Of a stretch of 64,000 nucleotides of DNA, positions 35,440-45,111 are shown one piece after another. The position numbers were made by a program, and so were the translations under genes. The stretch is from an uncultured Dehalococcoidia bacterium (GTDB lineage: Bacteria > Chloroflexota > Dehalococcoidia > UBA6926): assembly GCA_964405845.1 (NCBI GenBank), contig CAYOPL010000013.1, positions 305 to 64,304 of the forward strand. Direction: 5' to 3'. The notes beneath the pieces were generated by a model that ran no database searches, was not told where the DNA came from, and saw nothing but the letters and a program-made list of their open reading frames with translations. Positions within the stretch are counted from its first letter, which is position 1. Every line of letters starts with the position of its first letter.

Positions 35440-36399
35440 CTAGTAGCGGATGCGCGGATCGAGCCACCCGTAAAGCATGTCCACACCGAGATTCGCCATG
35501 ACGACGGCAAAGCCGGCTAGCGTCACAACGAGTTGAACAACCGGGTAATCCCGCTGGCTAATCGCATCCACCATCATGCGGCCGACACCAGGCAGACCAA
35601 AGACCTGCTCTGTCACTACGAGTCCCGTCACTGTGATCGGCAAGAATATGCCAATCAGCGTCAGCACAGGGATGAGAGCGTTGCGCATCGCGTGACGGAC
35701 GATGATGACCCTTTCCTTAAGGCCCTTGGACCTCGCGGTACGCACATAGTCTTCACGCATAACCTCCAGCATGGTGGCCCGCATCATGCGGAGCGGCACC
35801 CCCATGAGGAAGCCGAGGCCGATTATCAACGCAGGCCACACCAGCTGCGCCAGGTTGGCGATTGGGTCTTCCCAGAGGGGGATGTAGCCCTGCCGCGGAA
35901 TCCAGTCAAACATCCGCACAAAGATCAGGATGAGCATCATCCCGCTCCAGAATGTCGGAACGGAGATGCCGAGGATTGCAGTGCCGCGAATGATGTAGTC
36001 AGTAAGCGTGTCCTGCTTGAGAGCCGCGATAACGCCACCCACAATGCCCAGAAAGCTGCCGAATGCTAGCCCCATCAGCCCAACTTGCAGGCTCAACGGA
36101 CCCTTTCGAGCAAGCAGCGTTGACATCTCCGCGTTGTAGAAGAACGACCGGCCGAAGTCCAGTGTCAGGATGCCAAAGAGCCAATCAAAGTACTGTACGT
36201 AGAGTGGCCTGTTCAGTCCGAGTTCCTCACGAACACGGTCGAGGGCGGCCTGATCGAAAGAACAGTCACCACCTGGCCCGCAGATTATCATCAGCGCCAG
36301 GTCGCCCGGCGCGACCCGCATGATCAGAAAGACAACGACTGTAACGCCCAACAGTGTCGGTATTGCCAGCAACAGCCGGCGCACAATGTATGCCCACAT
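35440..36399 (-). CDS. Peptide/nickel-type ABC permease, DppB/OppB-like paralog
   Basis: MWAYIVRRLLLAIPTLLGVTVVVFLIMRVAPGD. The C-terminal half is nearly identical in protein sequence to the 34252-35211 gene but differs at many synonymous sites. Confidence 0.8.
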   Translation of the reverse strand: MWAYIVRRLLLAIPTLLGVTVVVFLIMRVAPGDLALMIICGPGGDCSFDQAALDRVREELGLNRPLYVQYFDWLFGILTLDFGRSFFYNAEMSTLLARKGPLSLQVGLMGLAFGSFLGIVGGVIAALKQDTLTDYIIRGTAILGISVPTFWSGMMLILIFVRMFDWIPRQGYIPLWEDPIANLAQLVWPALIIGLGFLMGVPLRMMRATMLEVMREDYVRTARSKGLKERVIIVRHAMRNALIPVLTLIGIFLPITVTGLVVTEQVFGLPGVGRMMVDAISQRDYPVVQLVVTLAGFAVVMANLGVDMLYGWLDPRIRY

Positions 36400-36621
36400 C
36401 GGTTTCGCCCTCCCCGTGCGATTTACTCTCAGTGCTCGCCTATCACGGAGCAGCGTCGTCCTTCACCGCGCCGGATATTCAGGCTAGTCTAACCATCGGA
36501 TTACAAGGGTCAAGACGAACGTTGTGAAATAGGCCGTTTTGTACGAATCGACGCAGTAAAATAGCATCCGAAGCTGTCAAGTGGCGGGGCTATTTGAGGC
36601 AGAAATTGGCGATGTTTCGAT

Positions 36622-36656
36622 CAAAACGAGAGAGCGGGCGGCTCGTGAGCCGCCCG
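36622..36656 (-). terminator. Intrinsic-terminator-like hairpin gagcgggcggctc-gtg-gagccgcccgctc with flanking T/A runs, downstream of the hydrolase gene
   Basis: 13-bp perfect stem, followed on the plus strand by attttct and preceded by caaaacgag, so it could act bidirectionally. Confidence 0.5.
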
Positions 36657-36678
36657 CTCATTTTCTGGTTGCGTTTCG

Positions 36679-37518
36679 CTAGTTCGTCGGTCTGTTCTCG
36701 TTTAGGAAGGTCAGGAGCGTTCGGTTGTATTCCTCGTGACGCTCGAACGGCGTGCCATGCCGCGTGGGAAACACCTCAACTCCGGCTTGCGTGCCTGTCA
36801 TCGCAGCCGCAAGGTCATGCGCGGCCTCCGGCCCGGTGTATTGGTCCCCTGCCCCAACGACAATCAACGTGGGCGACGTGATGTTCGCCACGTCGACGCC
36901 AGACGGGCCGCCCATGCCCGCCATCACACGAAGGTACTTTTCATGATCATTGGCCGTTGTGATTGCGTGGTGGTCTTGCACAATCTGTGGACGCGCCTCA
37001 CGGAACTCCGGCGTATAGACCTGCTCCAGCCAGCCCTGCCAAACAAACTCCATTCCGCCGCTGCGAATACCGGCGATTCGTTCGTCACGCATCTTCTGCG
37101 CCGCCGCAGCTTCCTCCTCGTTCGCGGGAGGAGGCGGATCGAGCCTGCCACCGTTGGATATCACAGCGCCCCACACACGGTTCGGATGCGTCGCGGCAAA
37201 GTTCCTCACGATGCCGCCGCCCATCGAGTAGCCGATAAGGGCCGTCCGCTCGATGCCCAAACCGTCCAGCAGCGCGGCAAGATCATCGATGAATGTCTTC
37301 TGGCTTAATGAATCGTCCTCAGGAGTCTCAGTGTCCCCGTGTCCGCGCACGTCATAAGTGAGAACTTTAAAAAACTCTGCCAGCGCCGGAACCTGCAGCC
37401 ACCATGCGTTGTGGTTGTCTCCGGAGCCGTGGATAAGCGTCACCCACGGCGCGCCCTCTACTCCGGAGGTCTCATAGCACTGTTCAATACCGTTCGCCGT
37501 GATCATCTGCGCCGCCAT
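36679..37518 (-). CDS. Alpha/beta hydrolase fold protein
   Basis: HGSGDNHNAWW...GYSMGGGI (the GxSxG nucleophile elbow). Start at ATG 37518, preceded by a G-rich SD. Confidence 0.8.
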   Translation of the reverse strand: MAAQMITANGIEQCYETSGVEGAPWVTLIHGSGDNHNAWWLQVPALAEFFKVLTYDVRGHGDTETPEDDSLSQKTFIDDLAALLDGLGIERTALIGYSMGGGIVRNFAATHPNRVWGAVISNGGRLDPPPPANEEEAAAAQKMRDERIAGIRSGGMEFVWQGWLEQVYTPEFREARPQIVQDHHAITTANDHEKYLRVMAGMGGPSGVDVANITSPTLIVVGAGDQYTGPEAAHDLAAAMTGTQAGVEVFPTRHGTPFERHEEYNRTLLTFLNENRPTN

Positions 37519-37641
37519 ACTGCCCCCCAACTCTTTTCTTCTTTCGGATGCCGCTCCCGGGCCACGCTCGGATTGTAGCGCGAGCGGCGCGTGACATGCC
37601 GCACTACAATGATGGGCGAGCACAGACAATGGTGGGCCTGA

Positions 37642-38130
37642 ATGACTGGGGGTGGCGGCATGACAATCGAATTCAACGTGGAGGTTCATTTCGAAGCGCC
37701 CCCGCAGAGAGTTTTTGAGGCCCTGACGAACGTCAATTCATTCAGCGAATGGATGCCGAATCTCAAGGAAATCAAGGTCCTGTCAGAGGGCGATGTTGGT
37801 GTTGGAACGGTCTTCGAGGAGACCCGCCGCATGTTCTTCCGCGACGCCACAGAGCGTTTTCGCGTGACGATGTACGAGCCGCCGGAGATGTTTGAGCTAA
37901 CCGTCGACGGATCGGAAGGAACCAGCGGCAGCGGTCAGTACACGTTCTTCTACCACCTGGAGGAGGACGAGGACAACGGCGGCACAAGCATGTCCATGCA
38001 CGGCGACATCACCGGGCTGAACAGGTTCATGGAGTTCCTGGGACGCCTGACCGTCGGTTTCATGGCGCGCGGCATCCGCAAGGACTACCGCGCCCTCGCC
38101 AAGCACCTGGCCGCGCAGGCCGCCGAATGA
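37642..38130 (+). CDS. SRPBCC (polyketide cyclase/dehydrase / CoxG-like) family protein
   Basis: IEFNVEVHFEAPPQRVFEALTNVNSFSEWMP is typical of SRPBCC ligand-binding domains. Confidence 0.65.
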   Translation: MTGGGGMTIEFNVEVHFEAPPQRVFEALTNVNSFSEWMPNLKEIKVLSEGDVGVGTVFEETRRMFFRDATERFRVTMYEPPEMFELTVDGSEGTSGSGQYTFFYHLEEDEDNGGTSMSMHGDITGLNRFMEFLGRLTVGFMARGIRKDYRALAKHLAAQAAE

Positions 38131-38882
38131 CTCACCATCTCGGCAGCGAGGGGCGTAACCGCCTCTACGGCGACCTGGCCAAGTATTGGCCGCTGATGAG
38201 CCCGCCGGAGGAGTACGCGGATGAGTCCCCTCATTGGCGCAACCAGATCCTGACACGCTTTGATAAGCGCCCCGTACGCGCTTTGGAACTCGGCACCGGC
38301 GGCGGGCATTTTCTGTCTCACCTGACAGACATTGTTGATGCGACGGCGGTCGATCTATCAGAGTCGATGCTGGAGAACGCGCGGCAATTGAACCCTGACG
38401 TTGAGCATATCGTCGGAGATATGCGGTCAATCCGCCTCGAACGCACCTTTGATGTTGTCCTGATCCACGACGCCATCGCTTACATCACGTCGGAGGATGA
38501 TCTCGCCGCGACGTTCGCCACGGCCCGCGCTCACCTGGAGCCGGGCGGCCTGTTCATGACCATGCCCGATCATTACATCGACCGACCCGTCTGGCCGTAC
38601 ATCAACCACCGGACGCATACCCAAGGCGATCGTGAGCTCACCTATATCGAATACTCATCGCCGGACGTGAACAACCCGTCCCTGCTGCAATCGTCGTTCC
38701 TGTTCGTCATCACGGAGAACGGCGAGCGCCGCATGGAACTCGACCACCACACCACGGGACTGTTCCCCGTTGACACGTGGCGGCGTCTAATCGAGGAAGC
38801 CGGTTTCAGCGTGGAACGCCTAAACTACCCCGTCGCAGACGGCCCCATCAGCCAATACCTCTGGGTAGCAACAGCCGTCTAG
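38127..38882 (+). CDS. Class I SAM-dependent methyltransferase
   Basis: Motif I ALELGTGGGHFL and motif II-like DVVLIHDAIAY. Confidence 0.8.
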   Translation: MTHHLGSEGRNRLYGDLAKYWPLMSPPEEYADESPHWRNQILTRFDKRPVRALELGTGGGHFLSHLTDIVDATAVDLSESMLENARQLNPDVEHIVGDMRSIRLERTFDVVLIHDAIAYITSEDDLAATFATARAHLEPGGLFMTMPDHYIDRPVWPYINHRTHTQGDRELTYIEYSSPDVNNPSLLQSSFLFVITENGERRMELDHHTTGLFPVDTWRRLIEEAGFSVERLNYPVADGPISQYLWVATAV

Positions 38883-39919
38883 GGAAACAGCGCGAACTCT
38901 TCCAGTCCCTCGGTCTCCGGCGCGCCAAACATCAGGTTCATGTTCTGGATCGCCTGTCCCGCCGCTCCCTTAACAAGGTTGTCCAGCGCCGTCACGATGA
39001 TAATCCGCCCTGTCCGCTGATCAATCACGGGATAGACCTGCGTCATGTTGCTGCCGGACGTCTGCTTGGTCTGCGGCGGCGTCTTTGTGACCCGTACGAA
39101 CGGCTCACTCGCGTAGTAGTCCTCATACAGGTCGCGCAGACGCTGCGCCCCTTCAGGGCTCGCAGGCAACCGACCGTCCACAGGTGTCACGTAGATCGTG
39201 CTCAGGATGCCGCGCGTCATCGGAATCAAGTGCGGCGTGAATGTCACCGCCCACTTCTGTGACGGGTCGATCTCATGCAGCTCCTGCGTGATCTCCGGCA
39301 GGTGGCGATGGCCCGACAACCCGTAGGCGGACACGTTCTCGTTCACCTCGGAAAAATGAACCGTCTGGCTAAGCGAGCGACCCGCGCCGGACACGCCCGA
39401 CTTCGAGTCGACAATCACGCTCGGCTCAATCAGCTTTTCTTTAACAAGGGGGGCAAGTCCGAGCAGCGCTCCCGTCGGATAGCACCCGGGGTTGGCAATC
39501 AGCCGCGCCTCCTTGATCTGCTCCCGATGAAGCTCCGGCAGGCCGTAGACCGCCTCTTCAAGGAAGGACGGCGCGGGGTGCGGTTGGTACCACGCCTCGT
39601 ACTCCTCCACGTTGTGGAGCCGGAAATCCGCGGCAATGTCCACCACGCGGGCATTCTTGCCGAGCATGGCCACACACGCCTCCGCCGACGCCTTGTGCGG
39701 CAGCGCGGAGAATGCAACGTCAACATCGTCAAGCTCATCCTGCTCAACGATGGGCAGTCCCATCTTGTCCAAGTGCGGCAGGTACTCGTCCAGTTGCTCA
39801 CCGGCGGCGGATCGCCCCGTGACGGCGGTCAACTCAACCTCGGAGTGGCTGCGCAGAATCCGCGCGAGCTCCATCCCCGCATACCCCGTCACATTGATGA
39901 TCCCCGCCTTGATGCTCAT
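38879..39919 (-). CDS. argC: N-acetyl-gamma-glutamyl-phosphate reductase
   Basis: MSIKAGIINVTGYAGMELARIL...IANPGCYPT (active-site Cys)...GAAGQAIQNMNLMFG. Start at ATG 39919. Confidence 0.88.
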   Translation of the reverse strand: MSIKAGIINVTGYAGMELARILRSHSEVELTAVTGRSAAGEQLDEYLPHLDKMGLPIVEQDELDDVDVAFSALPHKASAEACVAMLGKNARVVDIAADFRLHNVEEYEAWYQPHPAPSFLEEAVYGLPELHREQIKEARLIANPGCYPTGALLGLAPLVKEKLIEPSVIVDSKSGVSGAGRSLSQTVHFSEVNENVSAYGLSGHRHLPEITQELHEIDPSQKWAVTFTPHLIPMTRGILSTIYVTPVDGRLPASPEGAQRLRDLYEDYYASEPFVRVTKTPPQTKQTSGSNMTQVYPVIDQRTGRIIIVTALDNLVKGAAGQAIQNMNLMFGAPETEGLEEFALFP

Positions 39920-39984
39920 GATACGTATCCCTTGCCCTAGTGTGCTGCTATCTGGCGATATAGGTGAACAACCATTGTAGCAAG

Positions 39985-40029
39985 GAGTGAAGGGAGTGGA
40001 TTCCGGATTCCCGCTTTTGCGGGAATGAC
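39985..40029. repeat. Copy of the palindromic repeat family: gtgaaggg followed by the hairpin attcccgc-tttt-gcgggaat
   Basis: 8-bp perfect stem at 40007-40026. Shares cccgc-tttN-gcgggaat with 925-942 and gtgaaggg with 3437-3445. Confidence 0.55.
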
Positions 40030-40035
40030 GGAGGC

Positions 40036-40722
40036 CTACCCTTTCACCGTGCTGCTCGGACAGAGTTCCGAGAGCACGCATTCCGCACAGTTGGGACGGC
40101 GGGCATGGCACACGCGCCGGCCATGCTCAATCAGGTCTACGTGGAACTGGTAGACCTGTGAATCATCGAGATACGACTCCAGCTGATAGTGGGCCTTGTC
40201 CGCGTTCATCTTCTTCGGGATCAGGCCGAGCCGACCGGACACGCGATGCACGTGCGTATCCACGGGTAGCGCGGGACGGCCGAGGCTGAACAGGAGCACG
40301 CACGCCGCCGTCTTTTCCCCCACCCCCGGCAAGCTCAGCAGCCACTTGCGAGCCTCATCGAACGGCATGTCTGCCAGAAAATCGATGCTGAACTCCCCGC
40401 GCTGCCGATAAATCTCGTTCAAGATGGCCTGAACGCGGGGAGCCTTGATCTTTGACAGCCCGCCGTGCTTGATGGTCTCCTGCACGGCCTCTGTCGGTGC
40501 ATCGACGACCTCCTGCCACGTCGGAAACGTGGCACGCAGGTCAGCGAATGTGCGGTCGGTATTCAGGTCGGACGTGTGCTGCGAAAGCACGGTGTAGATC
40601 AACTCGCCCATCGGCTCTGCGCGCTTGAACCACGGGCGCTCGCCGTTTTGCTCAAGCAGCAGCCGGGACACCTCCTGCGCGCGTTGGGCGCGGACACTCG
40701 GGCGGCGGCGTTTCGTGGTCAT
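40036..40722 (-). CDS. nth: Endonuclease III (DNA glycosylase/AP lyase)
   Basis: HhH-GPD motif LPGVGEKTAACVLLF and a 4Fe-4S cluster loop C-x6-C-x2-C-x5-C read as CHARRPNCAECVLSELC. Confidence 0.9.
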   Translation of the reverse strand: MTTKRRRPSVRAQRAQEVSRLLLEQNGERPWFKRAEPMGELIYTVLSQHTSDLNTDRTFADLRATFPTWQEVVDAPTEAVQETIKHGGLSKIKAPRVQAILNEIYRQRGEFSIDFLADMPFDEARKWLLSLPGVGEKTAACVLLFSLGRPALPVDTHVHRVSGRLGLIPKKMNADKAHYQLESYLDDSQVYQFHVDLIEHGRRVCHARRPNCAECVLSELCPSSTVKG

Positions 40723-40826
40723 CGCGTGCTAGACTCTCTCCATGAGTTTCCCGTTCATTCTAGGCATGGACACCGTTTATTCGCCCTCAACCTGCCTTTC
40801 GCAGTCGCTCAACTCGGTCACTGCCC

Positions 40827-42185
40827 ATGCGTGACGAGATGACGCAGGCCCTCAGCGGCCACAACGCCGACTACATTGAGCTGCGACTGGAAGAACTGGA
40901 CACGAATCATATCTCCATGCGCGGGCATGAGATCGATGACATCGGCGGTTCGTCGAGCAGGGGCGGCGCGGCGCGGGCATACGTGAACGGCGCATGGGGT
41001 TTCGTGACGTTCACCCAATCAGATAACCTCCGCGAACGGGTTGCAACGGCCGTCCGCCAAGCCCATCTTGCCTCCGGCGAGGGCGGCGAGCTTGTGCGCG
41101 GCGAGCCGGTTATCGCAGAGCCGCCGCCTGTCCTGGACAACGACCCGTTCCTTGTTCCACTCGACAAGAAGGTTGGCCTCCTTCAGGAATACGTTGAGGC
41201 GATGTGGGCCGTGCCCAACATCCAGAGCACGTCGATCGGCTCCGGCGACCGCCGCCGCGTGACCCATTTCGCCAACTCCGAAGGCTCATACATCCGGCAG
41301 GAGCGCGTGGACGTCACGTTCCGCGCCCGCGCCATGGCCCGCAGGGACAACGATGTCCAGCAATACGGCGTCAGCGTCGGCAGCCTCGGCGACTACGCCA
41401 TCCTTGAGGGCCGCCACGACGAGATGCGCGAGATCGCGGAAAAGGCCGTCGCTTTGCTCGACGCGCCACAGGTTGAGGGACGCGAGTACACCGTCATCTG
41501 TGACCCCATCCTCGGCGGTGTGTTCGCCCACGAAGCCTTCGGACACTTGTCAGAGTCGGACTTTGTCTATGAGAACGACCGTATGAAGGAAATCATGGTG
41601 CTTGGCCGACGTTTCGGCGGCCAACATCTGAACATCGTCGATGGCGCGTCTGTCCCCGGCCTGCGTGGCTCCTATGACTACGATGATGAGGGCATCGCAG
41701 CGCGCAAGTCGGACCTCATCCGCGAGGGTGTGCTGGTAGGACGGCTCCACTCGCGTGAGACGGCGGGCAAGATGGGCGAGGGCGTCACGGGCAACGCCCG
41801 CGCCATGGACTACCGGTTCGCCCCCATTGTCCGTATGACCAACACATTCATCGAACCGGGCACGGCCACGGCGGAGGAGCTGATCTCTGAGGTCAAGGAC
41901 GGCGTGTATTGCAAGAACTGGTACGGCGGCATGACGTCCATGGAGATGTTCACGTTCTCCGCCGGCGAGGCGTACCGCATCCGCAACGGCCGCATAGAAG
42001 AACTCCTGCGCCCCGTCGTGCTGTCCGGCAACGTCTTCACCACGCTTGAGAACCTTGATGCCGTTGCCAATGACCTCGACATGAACGAGGGCGGCGGGTG
42101 CGGCAAGGGTGGTCAATCCCCCCTGCCTGTCTCCAACGGCAGCCCGCACATCCGTATTCAGAACTGCCTCGTCGGGGGCGCATAG
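40827..42185 (+). CDS. tldD: TldD family metalloprotease
   Basis: 452 aa, TldD/PmbA fold. HEAFGH zinc-binding motif. Confidence 0.85.
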   Translation: MRDEMTQALSGHNADYIELRLEELDTNHISMRGHEIDDIGGSSSRGGAARAYVNGAWGFVTFTQSDNLRERVATAVRQAHLASGEGGELVRGEPVIAEPPPVLDNDPFLVPLDKKVGLLQEYVEAMWAVPNIQSTSIGSGDRRRVTHFANSEGSYIRQERVDVTFRARAMARRDNDVQQYGVSVGSLGDYAILEGRHDEMREIAEKAVALLDAPQVEGREYTVICDPILGGVFAHEAFGHLSESDFVYENDRMKEIMVLGRRFGGQHLNIVDGASVPGLRGSYDYDDEGIAARKSDLIREGVLVGRLHSRETAGKMGEGVTGNARAMDYRFAPIVRMTNTFIEPGTATAEELISEVKDGVYCKNWYGGMTSMEMFTFSAGEAYRIRNGRIEELLRPVVLSGNVFTTLENLDAVANDLDMNEGGGCGKGGQSPLPVSNGSPHIRIQNCLVGGA

Positions 42186-42188
42186 GAC

Positions 42189-43541
42189 ATGACTCAACAG
42201 CCAACCGACGCGGACCTCGCGCTGCTTGAGCGGACTCTCGCCTACGCGCGGGGCAAGACGACCGCCGCCGAGGTTTTTGTCGGCGAGGGCGAATCTACGC
42301 CTGTCAGTTTCGAGGCAGAGAAACTCAAGGAAATCTCAACCCGCCAGACGTGGGGGCTTGGGATCCGCGTCTTCGTGGACGGGCGCATGGGCGTCTCATC
42401 CACGAACGACCCTGACAAGACCGAGGAGCTAGTTGACCGCGCTATTGAACTTGCCCGCTATGGCCCCGAATCGAACCTGACCCTTCCTGACCCGTCGCCG
42501 GGCACTCCTTCCATCGAAACGTATGACCCCGCCATAGAAGAGGTCACAACCGAAGCGATGGTAGACGCCGGGCGGCGCTTGCTGGATGAGGCCAAGCCGC
42601 TGGAGCCGGAGGCGCTCTACGGCGCGAACCTTACCCACAGCACAAGCAGCTTCGCGTTCCTTAATTCCAACGGCGTCAGTTTCGGCCACCGCAAGAGCGG
42701 CTTTGGGCTGTTCGTTTCCGGAACACTGATCCGCGGCACAGATATGTTCTTTATCGGTGAGGGAGACCGCGGCTGCAGCCCGGATTGGGACATGCAGCGG
42801 CACATTGACGGAATGCGGCAGCAGATCGAGTGGGGCAAGGAGATCGCGCCTACCCCAGCCGGACACATGCCGGTTCTCTTTATGCCGCGCGCCGTCTCGT
42901 CCGTCTTGCTCGGCCCGTTCCTCTCCGGCATCAACGGCAAGACGGTTCTGCAAGGCTCGTCGCCGTTGGGAGGCCGCATCGGCGAGCAGGTCTTTGATAA
43001 GCGACTATCCATCGTGGATGACCCCACTGTCCCCCTCAAACCACCGTCCCGCTCCTACGACGACGAGGGCGTGCCGAGCCGCCGACAATTCCTCGTCGAA
43101 GACGGCGTGCTCCGGACAATCCTGTACGAGCTTCAATCGGCATCCAAAGCGGGTGTTGAGCCGACAGGCAGCGCCTCGCGCGGGCTCGGCGCGATGCCCG
43201 GCGCGGGCACAACCTACCTCACTATCAAACCCGGCGACGCTTCGTTCGACGACATGCTCCGCACGATGGGTGACGGCGTGATTGTCGAACGCCTCATCGG
43301 CATGGGACAGGGCAACGTCCTGGGCGGCGACACAGGAGGCAACATCCTGCTCGGCTATCGCGTCCAGGGCGGAGAGGTCATTGGCCGCGTCAAGGACACC
43401 ATGCTTCACTGCAACATCTACGACATCCTCAAGGACATCATGGCCATCGGCGCTGAGACGAAGGAGTTGGGCGGATCACTGTCCACACCCGCGATCCTCT
43501 GCGACGGCGTCTCTATCGCTCCCAAGACGGACTCGGACTAA
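42189..43541 (+). CDS. pmbA: TldE/PmbA family protein (partner of TldD)
   Basis: 450 aa, TldD/PmbA superfamily, without the HExxxH motif. Immediately follows tldD. Confidence 0.8.
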   Translation: MTQQPTDADLALLERTLAYARGKTTAAEVFVGEGESTPVSFEAEKLKEISTRQTWGLGIRVFVDGRMGVSSTNDPDKTEELVDRAIELARYGPESNLTLPDPSPGTPSIETYDPAIEEVTTEAMVDAGRRLLDEAKPLEPEALYGANLTHSTSSFAFLNSNGVSFGHRKSGFGLFVSGTLIRGTDMFFIGEGDRGCSPDWDMQRHIDGMRQQIEWGKEIAPTPAGHMPVLFMPRAVSSVLLGPFLSGINGKTVLQGSSPLGGRIGEQVFDKRLSIVDDPTVPLKPPSRSYDDEGVPSRRQFLVEDGVLRTILYELQSASKAGVEPTGSASRGLGAMPGAGTTYLTIKPGDASFDDMLRTMGDGVIVERLIGMGQGNVLGGDTGGNILLGYRVQGGEVIGRVKDTMLHCNIYDILKDIMAIGAETKELGGSLSTPAILCDGVSIAPKTDSD

Positions 43542-43561
43542 CAGCGCGGGGAACGGAATTC

Positions 43562-44623
43562 ATGCAGTCGGACGGTGTTGATAGCGTCATCAGCGCAATA
43601 CGACAGGACCCCGGCAATGTAACGGCCGCCGCCCTCGCTGAGCTATCCGACCCCGATCGAGACGAATTGGACCTCGTCATCGGTACGTTGCGTGACATTG
43701 ATTTCGAATACCGGCGCTCCATCATTGGCCAGCTGGTGGAACTCGCAGAGGAAAACGTCGACTACAGCTTTGACCGCATCTTCAAGGCCCTCATGGAGGA
43801 CGAAGACGAAGAGGTCAGGGAAGCTGCAATCCTCGGGTTGTGGGAAAGCGAGGATCGCTCGCTGATTGAGCCGCTCTTCGAGCGGCTCCTGTTTGACAAC
43901 GAAGAGCGTGTGCGGGCCGTCGCCGCCCAATCGCTTGGCCGCTTTGCCGTCCTCGCGGAACTCGGTAACCTTCTCGAACGGGATACCACCCGTGTCCGTG
44001 AGGGCCTGCTTGATGTGATCCGCAATGAGCAGGAGCCGTCGTTCGAGGTGCGCCGCCGCGTCATTGAGGCCGTCTCAGCCTTTACCTCCGAAGAGGTGCG
44101 CCAACTCATCTTGGAGACCTATGACAGCGCCAGTGAAACCCTCCGCGCCTCCGCCCTCTACGCCATGGGACAGAACGCGGATACGTCCTGGCTGACGTAC
44201 ATTCGCGAGGAAATGGAAAGCGAGTCTGATGAGGTCCGCTTTGAGGCCGCAGGCGCAGCCGGGCGAATCGGCGACGAGCGCCTGATCCCCGCCCTCGCCC
44301 GTATGGGCATGGAAGACAATACGGAGATCCAGGGCGCCGTCGTGACCGCTCTGAGCGCCATCGGCGGTCCCACCGCTCAGCGAGTTCTGCGCCGCTTCCT
44401 CCAGCACTCCGATGAGAACTTTAGGGAACTCGCGCTGGACGCGCTGGAAAGCATGCAGAGTTTCGACACCAACGCAGAAATCTTGAGAAAATCCGCAGGC
44501 GGCGCGGCGGATGCCGTCTCCCCGCTCTACGACGACTCGGAGGATGACGTCTTCGAGAATTTCGATGATGACCTCGGCATCAATGAGGAGCTTGACGACG
44601 ACGAGTTTGAGGACGAGTGGTAG
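43562..44623 (+). CDS. HEAT-repeat (PBS-lyase-like) protein with an acidic C-terminal tail
   Basis: Repeated E/D-x-VR-x-AA-x-xLG units and a DEDD-rich C-terminus. Confidence 0.55.
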   Translation: MQSDGVDSVISAIRQDPGNVTAAALAELSDPDRDELDLVIGTLRDIDFEYRRSIIGQLVELAEENVDYSFDRIFKALMEDEDEEVREAAILGLWESEDRSLIEPLFERLLFDNEERVRAVAAQSLGRFAVLAELGNLLERDTTRVREGLLDVIRNEQEPSFEVRRRVIEAVSAFTSEEVRQLILETYDSASETLRASALYAMGQNADTSWLTYIREEMESESDEVRFEAAGAAGRIGDERLIPALARMGMEDNTEIQGAVVTALSAIGGPTAQRVLRRFLQHSDENFRELALDALESMQSFDTNAEILRKSAGGAADAVSPLYDDSEDDVFENFDDDLGINEELDDDEFEDEW

Positions 44624-45111
44624 CAAACATGACTGCGGAGCATTCAGAGGACAAGGGCGGCATCCAATACGATGTCTCTGCGGGCGGCGTGGTCGTCCGA
44701 TGTACACCCGACGCGCAACTTGAGGTTGTCATCTGCCGCCGCGCCGCCACCGGCCTCTGGGCGCTGCCAAAGGGTACGCCCGAACAGGGTGAGACACGGG
44801 AAGAAACGGCCTTACGTGAAGTGCGTGAGGAGACCGGGCTGAGCGTCGCCATCATCGGAGACCTCGGCAGCGTTCGCTACACCTTCATGGCAGAGGGAGT
44901 GCTGCACGATAAACGGGTCTACCATTACCTGATGGAGCCAACCGGCGGTAGCGTTGACGATCACGACGGCGAGTTTGACAGCGTGGAGTGGCTGCCCCTT
45001 GAACCCGCCACGCTGGTCAGGATGACGTACGATACGGATGTGGAAATCCTTAACAGGGCCATTCTTGCGATGGCTAACAACCCGGACGCAGACGATGCCC
45101 GCAAGGACTAA
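44617..45111 (+). CDS. NUDIX hydrolase
   Basis: Nudix box GTPEQGETREETALREVREETGL (G-x5-E-x7-REVxEExG). Confidence 0.78.
   Translation: MVANMTAEHSEDKGGIQYDVSAGGVVVRCTPDAQLEVVICRRAATGLWALPKGTPEQGETREETALREVREETGLSVAIIGDLGSVRYTFMAEGVLHDKRVYHYLMEPTGGSVDDHDGEFDSVEWLPLEPATLVRMTYDTDVEILNRAILAMANNPDADDARKD

Noticed and set aside
35533-36069. 178-aa plus-strand ORF
   Set aside because: Antisense to the DppB' permease. Arg/His-rich junk translation.
40801-40826. GTCAC-N9-GTGAC inverted words just upstream of tldD
   Set aside because: Only a 5-bp half-site with an orientation opposite to the 60725 and 61906 motifs. Too weak to call without further copies.
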